Shown: positions 27,087 through 37,158, numbered from the stretch's first letter. The stretch: 64,000 bases of DNA from an uncultured Alphaproteobacteria bacterium (GCA_944391465.1 CALXTS010000006.1:397-64396); one strand, 5' to 3'. A program made the numbers and translations. Notes: generated by a model from the letters alone, not told the origin.

Positions 27087-28019
27087 ATGAAAAACTCAGG
27101 AAGAAATTTATTGCTAGTATATTGTATTGTGGTTTTCTCCATAATATTTAATCAACGAGTCGCACAAAGTGCATGTATAGCATCAGATTGTGATGCGTTA
27201 GGATATAAATATACAAAAGCAGAATGTGGAGATTCAAATATTGTTGTTTGTCCATTTGATAATTCTAAAGTTTTTTGTAAGCCGGCAGGAAAACCTAAAC
27301 TAATTATTAATTGGTTTTATTCTCCAGGGATAAAAATAGTAAGACTTGATGCTAAAAAGAATGGAGAAAGTACCTATTTGGGTAATTTAAGTGAAGGAAC
27401 ATATGGGTCTTTTGTCTATGAAAATGTAGCTGTAGGAGATGTTTTTTCTTCGTTCAGTGGGTATGGAATGGCTAATGATAGCCCAAGTGGTTCTGAATCA
27501 TGGGAGTTAAAGGATTTATCGTCATCGGTAGGAGCTGTGAATATTGCAATTACAGAATCAAAAGAATATACGGTAACTGTTATGCTTTCTCCGGCAGATA
27601 GAGACAGCAGTCAATCCTATCAACCAAAGATACTTTGTACAGAATTCTCAGGGGTATCAAGAACGCCAGAAGCAGTCAATCCGTCTAAAGGCTGTGCTTC
27701 ATCTAATGATTTTGTAACGTATTTTCAAAATACAACAAATCCTTTAGTTAAAGTTTATACAGATAATGTAAATCCAACAACAAGAACATGGTCAGGAGGA
27801 GTATGTTCAGAATTATATGTTCCAGATAGTCAAACAGCTACGTTCTACGCTCAGAATACTGTAAGTGGATGTGGATATAACTGTAGTTTAAATAAGGTAT
27901 ATTACATGAGTTCAAGTAGTACAACAATTGATAATGCAACAGAGTTTGCAACATTAAATGATGGATATTTCACATCATCTAAGACAGGAACGTGGTATGC
28001 TAACTATAAATGTAATTAA
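27087..28019 (+). CDS. Secreted protein with an N-terminal Cys motif shared with the upstream gene's C-terminus
   Basis: GAGGAG lies 7 nt upstream of the ATG. It has a signal peptide. The segment DCDALGYKYTKAECGDSNIVVCPFDNSKVFC parallels DCDTLGYKWESCSESQQELKCLFNSAKVFC at the end of the 25934-27064 product. Confidence 0.7.
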   Translation: MKNSGRNLLLVYCIVVFSIIFNQRVAQSACIASDCDALGYKYTKAECGDSNIVVCPFDNSKVFCKPAGKPKLIINWFYSPGIKIVRLDAKKNGESTYLGNLSEGTYGSFVYENVAVGDVFSSFSGYGMANDSPSGSESWELKDLSSSVGAVNIAITESKEYTVTVMLSPADRDSSQSYQPKILCTEFSGVSRTPEAVNPSKGCASSNDFVTYFQNTTNPLVKVYTDNVNPTTRTWSGGVCSELYVPDSQTATFYAQNTVSGCGYNCSLNKVYYMSSSSTTIDNATEFATLNDGYFTSSKTGTWYANYKCN

Positions 28020-28035
28020 TAGTTCTCTTTAGAAT

Positions 28036-28075
28036 AAAACAAAACTTCCGAAATTTTTCGGAGGTTTTGTTTTTC
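28036..28075. terminator. Bidirectional terminator between the Cys-rich operon and galE
   Basis: AAAACTTCCGAAA ... TTTCGGAGGTTTT (one G-U pair), flanked by A-rich and T-rich runs. Confidence 0.7.
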
Positions 28076-28083
28076 AAAAACTT

Positions 28084-29052
28084 TTATAAATTATAAACTT
28101 TCCAAGTTGAAAGAATGATATTATCAATATCACTGGAATTGCCGGCAGACCAACCGAGAACTTCTTTGGCTTTGTGTGCAGAGGAAAGTAAAATCGGAGG
28201 GTCTCCGGCACGTCTGGGCGCAAAAGAAAAATTAATTTTTTTGCCGATAAGTTTTTCTGCGCGGGTAACCATTTCTAAAACACTAACGCCTTTTTCGGTT
28301 CCGAGATTTATTTTTTGGCTTTTGCCTCCGTCGCTAAGATATTTTACGGCACGAACATGGGCATCAGCCAAATCGGTAACATGAATATAATCACGAATAC
28401 ATGTTCCGTCCGGAGTGTCATAATCGTTACCGAAAATAGACATTTGAGAGCGGATTCCTTTAGCCGTTTCCATCACAATAGGAAGGAGATTTTGTGGATT
28501 TTTATCAAGCCCTTTTACATCACCGTCTTCATCATAGCCGACAGCGTTAAAATAGCGCAAAGAAACAAATTTGATTCCTTTCAAAGCATCGTACCATTCA
28601 AAATATTTTTCCATGTCAGATTTGGTAAAGCCATAAAAGCTAATGGGATTTATAGGATGGTTTTCATCCATGGGAACATATTCCGGAATCCCATAAACAG
28701 CGGCAGAAGAAGAAAAAATTAAATTTTTAACACCGAATTTGCTCATGGCGTTGAGGATATTAATAGCCCCACAAATATTATTCACGGCATATAACTCAGG
28801 TTTTTCCATCGATTCGCCAACGGCTTTTTTGGCAGCCAAATGAATAACGGCATCAATATTGTTACTGAGAGCTTTTTCCAAAGCAGGGATATTAAGGATA
28901 TCATCTTCAATATATTCAGCGCCTTGAAAATAATTGATTCTGTCGCCGGAGGACAGGTTGTCAAAAACAGTAACATCCATCCCATTTTTTAAGAGAGCTT
29001 TAACCACATGGCTTCCTATATATCCGGCTCCGCCAATAACTAGAATATGCAT
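28084..29052 (-). CDS. galE: UDP-glucose 4-epimerase
   Basis: Rossmann motif VIGGAGYIGSH, the YGFTK (YxxxK) catalytic motif, and SDR-extended length (322 aa). Confidence 0.9.
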   Translation of the reverse strand: MHILVIGGAGYIGSHVVKALLKNGMDVTVFDNLSSGDRINYFQGAEYIEDDILNIPALEKALSNNIDAVIHLAAKKAVGESMEKPELYAVNNICGAINILNAMSKFGVKNLIFSSSAAVYGIPEYVPMDENHPINPISFYGFTKSDMEKYFEWYDALKGIKFVSLRYFNAVGYDEDGDVKGLDKNPQNLLPIVMETAKGIRSQMSIFGNDYDTPDGTCIRDYIHVTDLADAHVRAVKYLSDGGKSQKINLGTEKGVSVLEMVTRAEKLIGKKINFSFAPRRAGDPPILLSSAHKAKEVLGWSAGNSSDIDNIILSTWKVYNL

Positions 29053-29142
29053 AAATTCCCTCCTTATAAAAAACTTTCAAAATTATATAAAAAAACTATT
29101 GACGAGTCCAATTAAATATATTATTTATTCCATCAATGTTAT

Positions 29143-29228
29143 GGGGGTATGGCGGAACTGGTAGACGCGCTAGACTCAAAATCTTGTGGCCTCAGGCCGT
29201 GTCAGTTCGAGTCTGACTACCCCTACCA
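29143..29228 (+). tRNA. tRNA-Leu (anticodon CAA), type II with long variable arm
   Basis: GGGGGTA...TACCCCT acceptor (G1-U72), anticodon loop CTCAAAA with U33, variable arm GGCC TCA GGCC, T-arm GTCAGTTCGAGTCTGAC, and an encoded ACCA end. 86 nt. Confidence 0.85.
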
Positions 29229-29234
29229 TTAGAA

Positions 29235-29262
29235 AACTCCGAGTTGTTCGGAGTTTTTTTTT
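29235..29262. terminator. Terminator after tRNA-Leu
   Basis: AACTCCGA GTTG TCGGAGTT followed by T9. Confidence 0.8.
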
Positions 29263-29267
29263 GTGCA

Positions 29268-29615
29268 TTAATCTAATTGTTTTTCAATCCATGTGAGAAT
29301 TAAGCCGCAAAGATATTCTTGTTGAGTTGCAGATAAAACACCTTTATCGGAAAATCCGTGCCATTTTTTTATACATTGCCGACAACAACAAGCTGTCGCA
29401 TGTTGAGCAATAAAAACAGGGTGCCCTTTCATGGGAGTCTGCCGTCCGTCATTAGGTAAGTTGTCTGGAGCTATTCTGCGGGCGATGAAATCTTGTGTGT
29501 GTCTTTTTATGGTATCCATACCTTTTTGACGAATATAAACTTTTTCAGCTTCTCGCAATTTAAAACGATTGCGAAAATCTGACTTTTTTAAACGATTAAG
29601 AGTATCTTCATACAT
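29268..29615 (-). CDS. DUF4186-like protein
   Basis: The segment HPVFIAQHATACCCRQCIKKWHG matches my recollection of the DUF4186 cysteine motif. Confidence 0.5.
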   Translation of the reverse strand: MYEDTLNRLKKSDFRNRFKLREAEKVYIRQKGMDTIKRHTQDFIARRIAPDNLPNDGRQTPMKGHPVFIAQHATACCCRQCIKKWHGFSDKGVLSATQQEYLCGLILTWIEKQLD

Positions 29616-29625
29616 AGCAAATGTC

Positions 29626-30960
29626 CTAAATAGGTTTGCAACACCATTTAAATTTTTTCAAATAAATATATGCTGAGATGAATAAAATGATATTGTAAAT
29701 ATGCTCACATCCCCATCCCCAGGCAATATCAGATTTGAGCCGAACAACAATCAGCCAAATTGTTAAGAAATAAAAAGCGCAGGAAAACAACTCCATGAAA
29801 GTTGAAAGACGGGTGTTTCCGGATCCTGAAACAACATTAAATAAAACAATGGCTGGGAGCGTTGTAATGTAAAGAGTAAGCATAACATAAAAGGCGTTTC
29901 TCGATTCTGCAATAAGAGATAAGTCATCAGTATAAATATTCATGGTCAGATTTGGAAAAGCCCACATAAAAGATTCAACACTTAACCCGATAACATAACC
30001 GAGAATAATGATTGCGTTCGCAGTTTTCATAACTTGGTTGCTTTTGCCGCAACCTATAAGATTTCCGGTAAGAGAATTTGCCGTTGCCGCCAAAGCAGCC
30101 GCAATCATATACGGAAAAGATGAAATACTTCGCAGTATATTAGAAATGGCAAGCTCACGTTCTCCCAGATGTTCAATAGCAATGAAAAAGAAGAACCAAA
30201 CCGCTATAGAAATGAAAGATTGCAAAGTTGTCCATGAGGAAAGAGACCAAATTTCTTTTAAAATTTTTGGATTCCAAAATTGCAAATGATTGAAACCAAA
30301 CTGAGAGTGATTTATGTGATAAGATGTGTATAAAAAGAAATGAAGTAAAGCAAGAGCCTCAGATAATACGGAAGCTAAAGCGGCTCCCTTGATTCCCATT
30401 TCCGGAAAACCAAATTTTCCGAAAATAAGAAGATAGTCTAAAATCACGTTGGCAAATAACATAACCAAAGCATTATAGGTAATTACCTTTGTATCAATAA
30501 TTCCGACATAAAAGGCACGCCACATAACCAATAAAAAAGTAAATAAAAATCCAAAAATTCTGATATTTAAATATTCTAGGGAGGAGTGATATATCTTCTC
30601 GGAAGATAAAATCAGATGCATAATTTGCGGAGCGTAAAGTAAGTTCAAGATAATGAAAACAATTGCACATAAAAAAAGAAAACTCATTCCCTGATAAACA
30701 ATCGGTCCGATTTTTTCTTGAGCGCATTCTCCGTTTCTTCTGGCGATAATGATTTGAGCGCCGATACTAAAACCATAACCCAGCATAAAAAACATAATAT
30801 AATAAACACCGGCAATAGCTGAGGCCCCGAGCTCAATTTCACCAAGCCTTCCTAAAAAAGCAGTATCAGTTATACCGATAAGTTGCTGAATTAATAAAGC
30901 AATTAAAATCGGATAAGAAATTTTCCAAATTTGTGAATAATTATAAAGCATCTTAACCAC
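29626..30960 (-). CDS. MATE family efflux transporter
   Basis: 444 aa, about 12 TM segments. The N-terminal SYPILIALLIQQLIGITDTAFLGRLG is typical of MatE. Confidence 0.85.
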   Translation of the reverse strand: MVKMLYNYSQIWKISYPILIALLIQQLIGITDTAFLGRLGEIELGASAIAGVYYIMFFMLGYGFSIGAQIIIARRNGECAQEKIGPIVYQGMSFLFLCAIVFIILNLLYAPQIMHLILSSEKIYHSSLEYLNIRIFGFLFTFLLVMWRAFYVGIIDTKVITYNALVMLFANVILDYLLIFGKFGFPEMGIKGAALASVLSEALALLHFFLYTSYHINHSQFGFNHLQFWNPKILKEIWSLSSWTTLQSFISIAVWFFFFIAIEHLGERELAISNILRSISSFPYMIAAALAATANSLTGNLIGCGKSNQVMKTANAIIILGYVIGLSVESFMWAFPNLTMNIYTDDLSLIAESRNAFYVMLTLYITTLPAIVLFNVVSGSGNTRLSTFMELFSCAFYFLTIWLIVVRLKSDIAWGWGCEHIYNIILFISAYIYLKKFKWCCKPI

Positions 30961-31021
30961 TTTTTTCCTTATTGAGAATTATATTAATATATATTCAAAT
31001 CTTATGAAGTAAAGGTAAACG

Positions 31022-32341
31022 ATGATTCTAGATATAGATAATCTTTCCAAACGAGCTTTAGAACTTTATAAAAAACAAAAGTATGTAGATTCTAAACAAT
31101 TGAGTTTGGATATATTAGAAACGAATTCCAAAAATATTTCCGTAATACTGAATTTAGGGAACATATATTTTCTGGAAGAAGATTATAAAAAAGCATTAGA
31201 ATATTATCGTCGTGTTCAAAAATTATCCGGAGACGATATTTACATATGGGGCAATTTGGCAAATACATATTTGCAAATGAAAAAATATTTTCGAGCAACG
31301 CATTATTGTTGGAAGATTCTAAAACAAGATCCTGAAAATGTTTTTGCATTAAATTTACAAGCGCAAATTCATTTAGAGCAAGAAAATTATGGAGATGCTA
31401 TTTTAATTTTAGAGCATTTAAAAGCTTTAGATCCGCTCAACCCATGGGTTTATAATAATTTGAGTCAGGCATTTTTTTATACAGGGAAAACCTTAGAAGC
31501 GCTAGATATGGCGTGGACTGCGGTTGAACTAAGTTCTGGAGAAGATTGTCACCATATAAATTTGGGTTATACTTTGTATGAGATTGGGTTAGAAAAAACA
31601 ATAGGTTTCATCAAGCCATATATTGAAAAATGGGAACAAAAATACGGAGATAATCCGATAGTAAAATATTTTGCGGATTCTTTAAAAGGTAATACAGAAA
31701 TTATAAAAACAGATACGGAATATTTGAAAAAAATTTTTGATTCGTTTGCTTCCGGATTTGATGAATCTTTGGCAAAATTAGATTACAGCGTCCCTAAAAA
31801 AATTTTGCAAAATATCAAAAAAAATATCTCAAAAAAATCATTAAAAATGATGCGAGTTTTAGATTTAGGATGCGGTACCGGATTATGCGGAAAATTTCTT
31901 TCAGGGTACGCCAAACCGCACATCCTGACAGGAGTTGATTTATCCGAAAAAATGTTGGAAGTTGCTAAAGAAAAAAATGTTTATAATCAATTGATTTGTG
32001 AAGATATAGAAACCTATTTGCAGCACTCAAAAAACTTTAGTGATTTAATAATAGCCGGAGATGTTTTTACATATTTCGGAGATTTATTTTCAGTATTTAA
32101 GCAAATATCCAAACATCTTGATTCGCACGGTCATTTTATATTTTCCGTAACCGAAAATCAGCACAATGATTCTCCATGGTTTTTGCACAGTTCGGGAAGA
32201 TTCCAACATAAGGAAGAATATGTAAAAAACACATTAGAAAAATGTGGTTTAAAGGTAGAAGAAAATCAGCATGAAATTTTACGAACAGAGGCCGGAAAAA
32301 AAGTGTGGGGTTATATTTTTATCGCATCAAAAATAAAATAA
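31022..32341 (+). CDS. TPR-repeat protein fused to a class I SAM-dependent methyltransferase
   Basis: N-terminal TPR-like repeats (LGNIYFLEEDYKKALEYY...) and a C-terminal motif I, VLDLGCGTGLCG. Confidence 0.7.
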   Translation: MILDIDNLSKRALELYKKQKYVDSKQLSLDILETNSKNISVILNLGNIYFLEEDYKKALEYYRRVQKLSGDDIYIWGNLANTYLQMKKYFRATHYCWKILKQDPENVFALNLQAQIHLEQENYGDAILILEHLKALDPLNPWVYNNLSQAFFYTGKTLEALDMAWTAVELSSGEDCHHINLGYTLYEIGLEKTIGFIKPYIEKWEQKYGDNPIVKYFADSLKGNTEIIKTDTEYLKKIFDSFASGFDESLAKLDYSVPKKILQNIKKNISKKSLKMMRVLDLGCGTGLCGKFLSGYAKPHILTGVDLSEKMLEVAKEKNVYNQLICEDIETYLQHSKNFSDLIIAGDVFTYFGDLFSVFKQISKHLDSHGHFIFSVTENQHNDSPWFLHSSGRFQHKEEYVKNTLEKCGLKVEENQHEILRTEAGKKVWGYIFIASKIK

Positions 32342-32392
32342 AAAAAGCCTCTTAAATACAGAGGCTTTTACAAATAACACTAAAAAAATCAA

Positions 32393-32623
32393 TTACTTAG
32401 ATTTCTTTGAGCTTGTTGAGGTCTTGCAAGAAGAAGATTTCTTAGCTGTGGAAGTAGTCTTCTTTGTAGAAGATTTGCTACAAGAAGATTTATTGCATTT
32501 GCAATTAGAAATTTGCTCAACAGCCATAGCCCAAAAATATTCATCTTGACCCTGCGGACAACCAGCATTTTGCCAGTTATAATAAGCAGCTTCTCTGATA
32601 GCTTGTTCTAAATTTTTAATCAT
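32393..32623 (-). CDS. DUF2934-like small protein with a Ser/Thr/Lys/Cys-rich tail (paralog of 9603-9887)
   Basis: AIREAAYYNWQNAGCP, then the tail SSCSKSSTKKTTSTAKKSSSCKTSTSSKKSK. Start moved to 32623. Confidence 0.6.
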   Translation of the reverse strand: MIKNLEQAIREAAYYNWQNAGCPQGQDEYFWAMAVEQISNCKCNKSSCSKSSTKKTTSTAKKSSSCKTSTSSKKSK

Positions 32624-32848
32624 AATTACTAACTCCAAATAAGTTTTTTTGGTAAACACAAATTAATATACAATTAAAATTTAATACGTCAACAATTAAT
32701 CTCCTGTTTTTATTAAATTTCTAAAATATTTTTTAATCCGGATTTAAAATACTTGCATTTAAAGCTATTAGAAATTATAGATAATTTTACAGTCCTGAAT
32801 AATCTGGCTGAGGTCTCAAATTATCGTGTTAATTTTAAGGAAGTATTT

Positions 32849-35041
32849 ATGGAAAATTTATTGTCGAAAGAAGAGATGGAAGCAGTCATCAACGGCGACC
32901 ACGGAAATGTTTTTGCAGTTCTCGGAATTCATAAAAATAAAGGAAGCAAAGAGGTCTTTATCAGAGCCTATCTTCCGCATACAAAATCAGTTGAAGTTAT
33001 TGATTATCAAAATAATTCCTTAGGATTAATGACACAGCTCGACCCTCGTGGTTTTTATCAAATAGAGCTTGGAAAAATTGAAAATTTTGCATACAGATTC
33101 AGAATAATAAACGACATGGGAACAACTTATGTCGCAGAAGACGTATATCGTTTTCCCTCAATTTTAGGAGATATGGATGTCTACCTGTTGGCCGAGGGAA
33201 ATCACTTGCAAATGTATAAAAAATTAGGTGCACATCCCATTGAAATGAATGGTGTTAAAGGTGTTAGTTTTGCCGTATGGGCGCCCAATGCCAAACGTGT
33301 TAGCGTCGTCGGAAATTTCAATAATTGGGATGGACGTGTAAATGTCATGCGCAAGCATCCATCATGTGGAGTCTGGGATATATTTATTCCCGGAATTGGC
33401 GTTGGAGAATTGTATAAATTTGAGATAAAATCTCAAGAGGATTATATACTGGTAAAATCAGATCCGATAGCATTTTATTCGGAAAAACGTCCGAATACGG
33501 CATCTGTTGTTTATGATATCAATAACTATCATTGGGAAGACGATGGTTGGATGAATTATCGAAAAGAAGCTAATTCATTTGATAAACCAATGTCAATTTA
33601 TGAGGTCCATCTCGGGTCATGGCGCAGAAAAGAAAACAATGATTATTACAGCTATAGAGAATTGGCAGATACGTTAGTTCCATATGTTGTAAATATGGGC
33701 TTTACACATGTTGAATTTTTACCATTGGCAGAGCATCCGTTTGATGGGTCATGGGGGTATCAGGTAATCGGAATGTTTGCCCCAACGTCACGTTTCGGAA
33801 ATCCGGATGATTTTCGTTATTTAATAGACAGATTTCATCAAGCCGGAATAGGTGTAATTATGGATTGGGTTCCGGCTCACTTCCCAAAAGACGGACACGG
33901 ATTAAATGAGTTTGATGGGACGCATTTGTACGAGCATGCAGATCCTCGTAAAGGAGAACATACGGACTGGGGTACAAAAATTTATAACTATGGACGTACG
34001 GAAGTCGCAAACTTTTTGTGTGCGAGTGCTGTTTATTGGTTAAAAGAATATCATATAGATGGTTTGAGAGTTGATGCTGTAGCGTCAATGCTTTATTTGG
34101 ATTATTCTCGCAAAAACGGAGAATGGATTCCCAACATCTATGGTGGTAATGAAAATATTGAGGCAATCGCATTTTTACGTCGGATGAACGAGTTGGCCTA
34201 TTCGCAGGTTGACGGAGCCGTAACGATAGCGGAAGAGTCAACGGCGTGGCCGATGGTTTCACGTCCGACCAGTATGGGTGGATTAGGTTTTGGCTATAAG
34301 TGGAATATGGGCTGGATGAATGATACCTTAAAGTATATTTCTCATGAGCCGATACATAGAAAATATCATCATGGAATGCTTACATTTGGTTTGTTGTATG
34401 CTTTCAATGAAAATTTCATTCTGCCGATATCTCACGATGAAGTTGTTCATGGCAAAGGATCAATGTTATCAAAAATGCCCGGAGATGAATGGCAAAAATT
34501 TGCAAACTTAAGAGCGTATTATGGTTTTATGTTCACGCACCCCGGCAAAAAACTTCTCTTTATGGGATGCGATTTTGCACAAGATTGGGAATGGAATGCA
34601 GATGAAGGTTTGCGTTGGTTCTTACTTGATTATCCGATGTATAAAGGAATGCAAAACTGCGTACGTGATTTGAACCTGATGTATAAGGGAAATGCTCCGT
34701 TATATCAGCAAGATTTTGATTACAGAGGATTTGAGTGGATAGAACATTCAAACGCAGATGACAGCGTTATTGCCTATATGCGTAAAGGTTATAATCCTGG
34801 AGATTATTTGATAGCAATTTGTAACTTTACTCCGGTAGTCAGACATGATTTTCGTATTGGTGTAAATGAAAAATGTGCATATCAAGAAATTTTTAACAGT
34901 GATGATGTAAACTACTGGGGAAGCGGAGTAAAAAATGAAAGCTTTATGCAGGCAGAAGATGTGGAGTGGAACTGCAAACCATATTCAATCAGATTAACGC
35001 TGCCGCCGCTTTCGACTATTGTATTAAAGCCGATGAGATAA
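32849..35041 (+). CDS. glgB: 1,4-alpha-glucan branching enzyme
   Basis: GH13 subfamily pattern (GVSFAVWAPNA, GIGVIMDWVPAHF, GLRVDAVASMLY, AEESTAWP, LPISHDEVVHGK). Start set at 32849, after AAGGA. Confidence 0.95.
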   Translation: MENLLSKEEMEAVINGDHGNVFAVLGIHKNKGSKEVFIRAYLPHTKSVEVIDYQNNSLGLMTQLDPRGFYQIELGKIENFAYRFRIINDMGTTYVAEDVYRFPSILGDMDVYLLAEGNHLQMYKKLGAHPIEMNGVKGVSFAVWAPNAKRVSVVGNFNNWDGRVNVMRKHPSCGVWDIFIPGIGVGELYKFEIKSQEDYILVKSDPIAFYSEKRPNTASVVYDINNYHWEDDGWMNYRKEANSFDKPMSIYEVHLGSWRRKENNDYYSYRELADTLVPYVVNMGFTHVEFLPLAEHPFDGSWGYQVIGMFAPTSRFGNPDDFRYLIDRFHQAGIGVIMDWVPAHFPKDGHGLNEFDGTHLYEHADPRKGEHTDWGTKIYNYGRTEVANFLCASAVYWLKEYHIDGLRVDAVASMLYLDYSRKNGEWIPNIYGGNENIEAIAFLRRMNELAYSQVDGAVTIAEESTAWPMVSRPTSMGGLGFGYKWNMGWMNDTLKYISHEPIHRKYHHGMLTFGLLYAFNENFILPISHDEVVHGKGSMLSKMPGDEWQKFANLRAYYGFMFTHPGKKLLFMGCDFAQDWEWNADEGLRWFLLDYPMYKGMQNCVRDLNLMYKGNAPLYQQDFDYRGFEWIEHSNADDSVIAYMRKGYNPGDYLIAICNFTPVVRHDFRIGVNEKCAYQEIFNSDDVNYWGSGVKNESFMQAEDVEWNCKPYSIRLTLPPLSTIVLKPMR

Positions 35042-35060
35042 CATAAAAAAAGGAAAATAT

Positions 35061-37136
35061 ATGGCAAAGTTTAAAATATCTGAAGGTTCAAGTTACCCAT
35101 TGGGAGCGAACTATGATGGAAAAGGAGTGAACTTTGCCTTATTTTCCGCTCATGCCGAAAAAGTAGAATTATGCTTATTTGACGCCTCCGGAGCAGAAGA
35201 GCTGGAGCGTTACGCAATAACGGTTAATGATAACAATATCTGGCATATATACCTTGAAGGCGTTAAGCCGGAACAAGTTTACGGATATCGTGTATATGGA
35301 AAATACAAACCGGAAGAAGGATATCGCTTTAATCCAAACAAACTTTTAATAGACCCTTACGGAAAAAGGCTTATTGGAAAACTTATTTGGAACAAAGCAA
35401 TTTTTGGATATGATACCGAAAGTCCGGATAAAGACCTTTCCTTTAGCACATTGGATTCTGCGCCCTATGTTCCCAAAAGTGTTGTAACGGACGGAAGCTA
35501 TGATTGGGAAGGGGATGAGCGTCCAAACTATAAGTTTGAAGAAACTGTGGTTTATGAAACACACCTCCGCGGATATACGATGTTGCACCCATATGTTCCG
35601 GATGCCAAGCGAGGAACTTTTGCCGGATTTTCTCAAGACAGCGTGATTAATTATCTGAAGTGGTTAGGGATAACGGCAGTCGAATTTTTGCCGATACATG
35701 CATTTTTCGGAAATCGTCATAAAAAAGGATATGTAACGGATAATTATTGGGGATACGAAAGTTTCAGTTTCTTCGCCCCTGAACAATCATATTTGGCGAG
35801 CAATAGTATTAACGAGATAAAAGATTTAGTTAAAAATATGCATGCACATGGGTTGGAAGTTTTTCTGGATGTTGTTTACAATCATACCGGAGAAGGAAAC
35901 CAGCTTGGTCCGACTTTATGCTACAGAGGAATAGATAATCTTTCATATTATACATTAAGTGAGAATAAAAGATATTATTACGATTCTACGGGATGTGGGG
36001 CTTCATTCAATGTCCAAAATCCATATGTTTTGACAATGGTAATGGATTCTTTGAGATATTGGGTCAAAGAATTTCACATAGACGGCTTTCGTTTTGATTT
36101 GGCGTCAACACTGTCCCGCCAACATACGAACTTTACGCAAGAAAGCGCGTTTTTGTATGCAATAGCGCAAGATCCTGAATTGAAAAAAGTAAAATTGATA
36201 GCAGAGCCGTGGGATATCGGACATGGCGGATATCAGGTCGGAGGTTTTTTACCCGGATGGGCAGAATGGAATGATAAATATCGCGATACGGTTCGTCGTT
36301 TTTGGAAAGGGGATATGAATCAAACCCCGGAGCTTGCAAGTCGAATAGCCGGTTCAAGTGATGTATTTAATTATAAAAATCGCGATATCTGGTCCAGTGT
36401 TAATTTTATAACGGCACATGACGGATTTAATCTGAGAGATTTGGTCAGTTATAATGTAAAACATAATTCAGCCAACGGAGAAGAAAACCGAGACGGAACA
36501 AATTCCAATTGGAGTTGGAACTCGGGGAATGAAGGCGAAACAGATAACGATTTGATACGCGATAATCGGTTAGCCCGAGCCAAAGCCATGTTGTCTACCT
36601 TGATGCTTTCTTTCGGAACTCCAATGATAGTAGCCGGAGATGATATAGCGCATACGCAACAAGGGAACAACAATCCATACTGTCAGGATAATGCGATAAC
36701 GTGGTTTGCATGGGAAGGGATTAGCGATTATCATAAAAAATTGACAAGATTTTTTAGAAAAGCAATTCGTTTACGTCGGAAATTGAAAATTTTTGAACGA
36801 AATAAATTTTTTACCGGCCGTCCGATAGATAAAAGCGGATATAAAGATATTACCTGGTACACGGAATATGGGACGGAGTTTAACGGCGGTAATTGGCATG
36901 AAGAAAATCGCAAATGTTTATCATATTGCGTCTATACCGGAAGTCGATTTGTAATGTGCATTTTTAATGCTAATTATAATGAAATGTTATGGCATCTTCC
37001 TGATTTGGAAAAAGAATACAAATGGACATTGATATTAGATAGTTCGGATAGTTTTGATGAAAGTCAAAAGGTTTCAAACGGAAGTGCAATAAGAGTTCCG
37101 GCATGGAGCGTATTGGCGTTCGAAATAAAGAAATAA
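35061..37136 (+). CDS. glgX: Glycogen debranching enzyme GlgX
   Basis: The start YPLGANYDGKGVNFALFSAHAEKVELCLF plus GH13 motifs (DVVYNHT, GFRFDLA, AEPWD, ITAHDGF). Confidence 0.95.
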   Translation: MAKFKISEGSSYPLGANYDGKGVNFALFSAHAEKVELCLFDASGAEELERYAITVNDNNIWHIYLEGVKPEQVYGYRVYGKYKPEEGYRFNPNKLLIDPYGKRLIGKLIWNKAIFGYDTESPDKDLSFSTLDSAPYVPKSVVTDGSYDWEGDERPNYKFEETVVYETHLRGYTMLHPYVPDAKRGTFAGFSQDSVINYLKWLGITAVEFLPIHAFFGNRHKKGYVTDNYWGYESFSFFAPEQSYLASNSINEIKDLVKNMHAHGLEVFLDVVYNHTGEGNQLGPTLCYRGIDNLSYYTLSENKRYYYDSTGCGASFNVQNPYVLTMVMDSLRYWVKEFHIDGFRFDLASTLSRQHTNFTQESAFLYAIAQDPELKKVKLIAEPWDIGHGGYQVGGFLPGWAEWNDKYRDTVRRFWKGDMNQTPELASRIAGSSDVFNYKNRDIWSSVNFITAHDGFNLRDLVSYNVKHNSANGEENRDGTNSNWSWNSGNEGETDNDLIRDNRLARAKAMLSTLMLSFGTPMIVAGDDIAHTQQGNNNPYCQDNAITWFAWEGISDYHKKLTRFFRKAIRLRRKLKIFERNKFFTGRPIDKSGYKDITWYTEYGTEFNGGNWHEENRKCLSYCVYTGSRFVMCIFNANYNEMLWHLPDLEKEYKWTLILDSSDSFDESQKVSNGSAIRVPAWSVLAFEIKK

Positions 37137-37158
37137 TTTTTTAAGTAGGGGAAATTTT

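Noticed and set aside
28315-28722. 135-aa plus-strand ORF opposite galE, and similar ones opposite the GT4 gene (16634-17062) and the aminotransferase gene (11240-11831).
   Set aside because: They are antisense to genes with strong family motifs. They have no RBS and their composition is arginine/serine/isoleucine-skewed, which is typical of reverse-frame artefacts.
29143-29228. Possibility that the long-variable-arm tRNA is tRNA-Sec (the string TCA is present in the anticodon region).
   Set aside because: Reading TCA as the anticodon would put C at position 33 and break the anticodon stem. With U33 in place the anticodon is CAA (Leu), and the acceptor and D arms fit a type II Leu tRNA.
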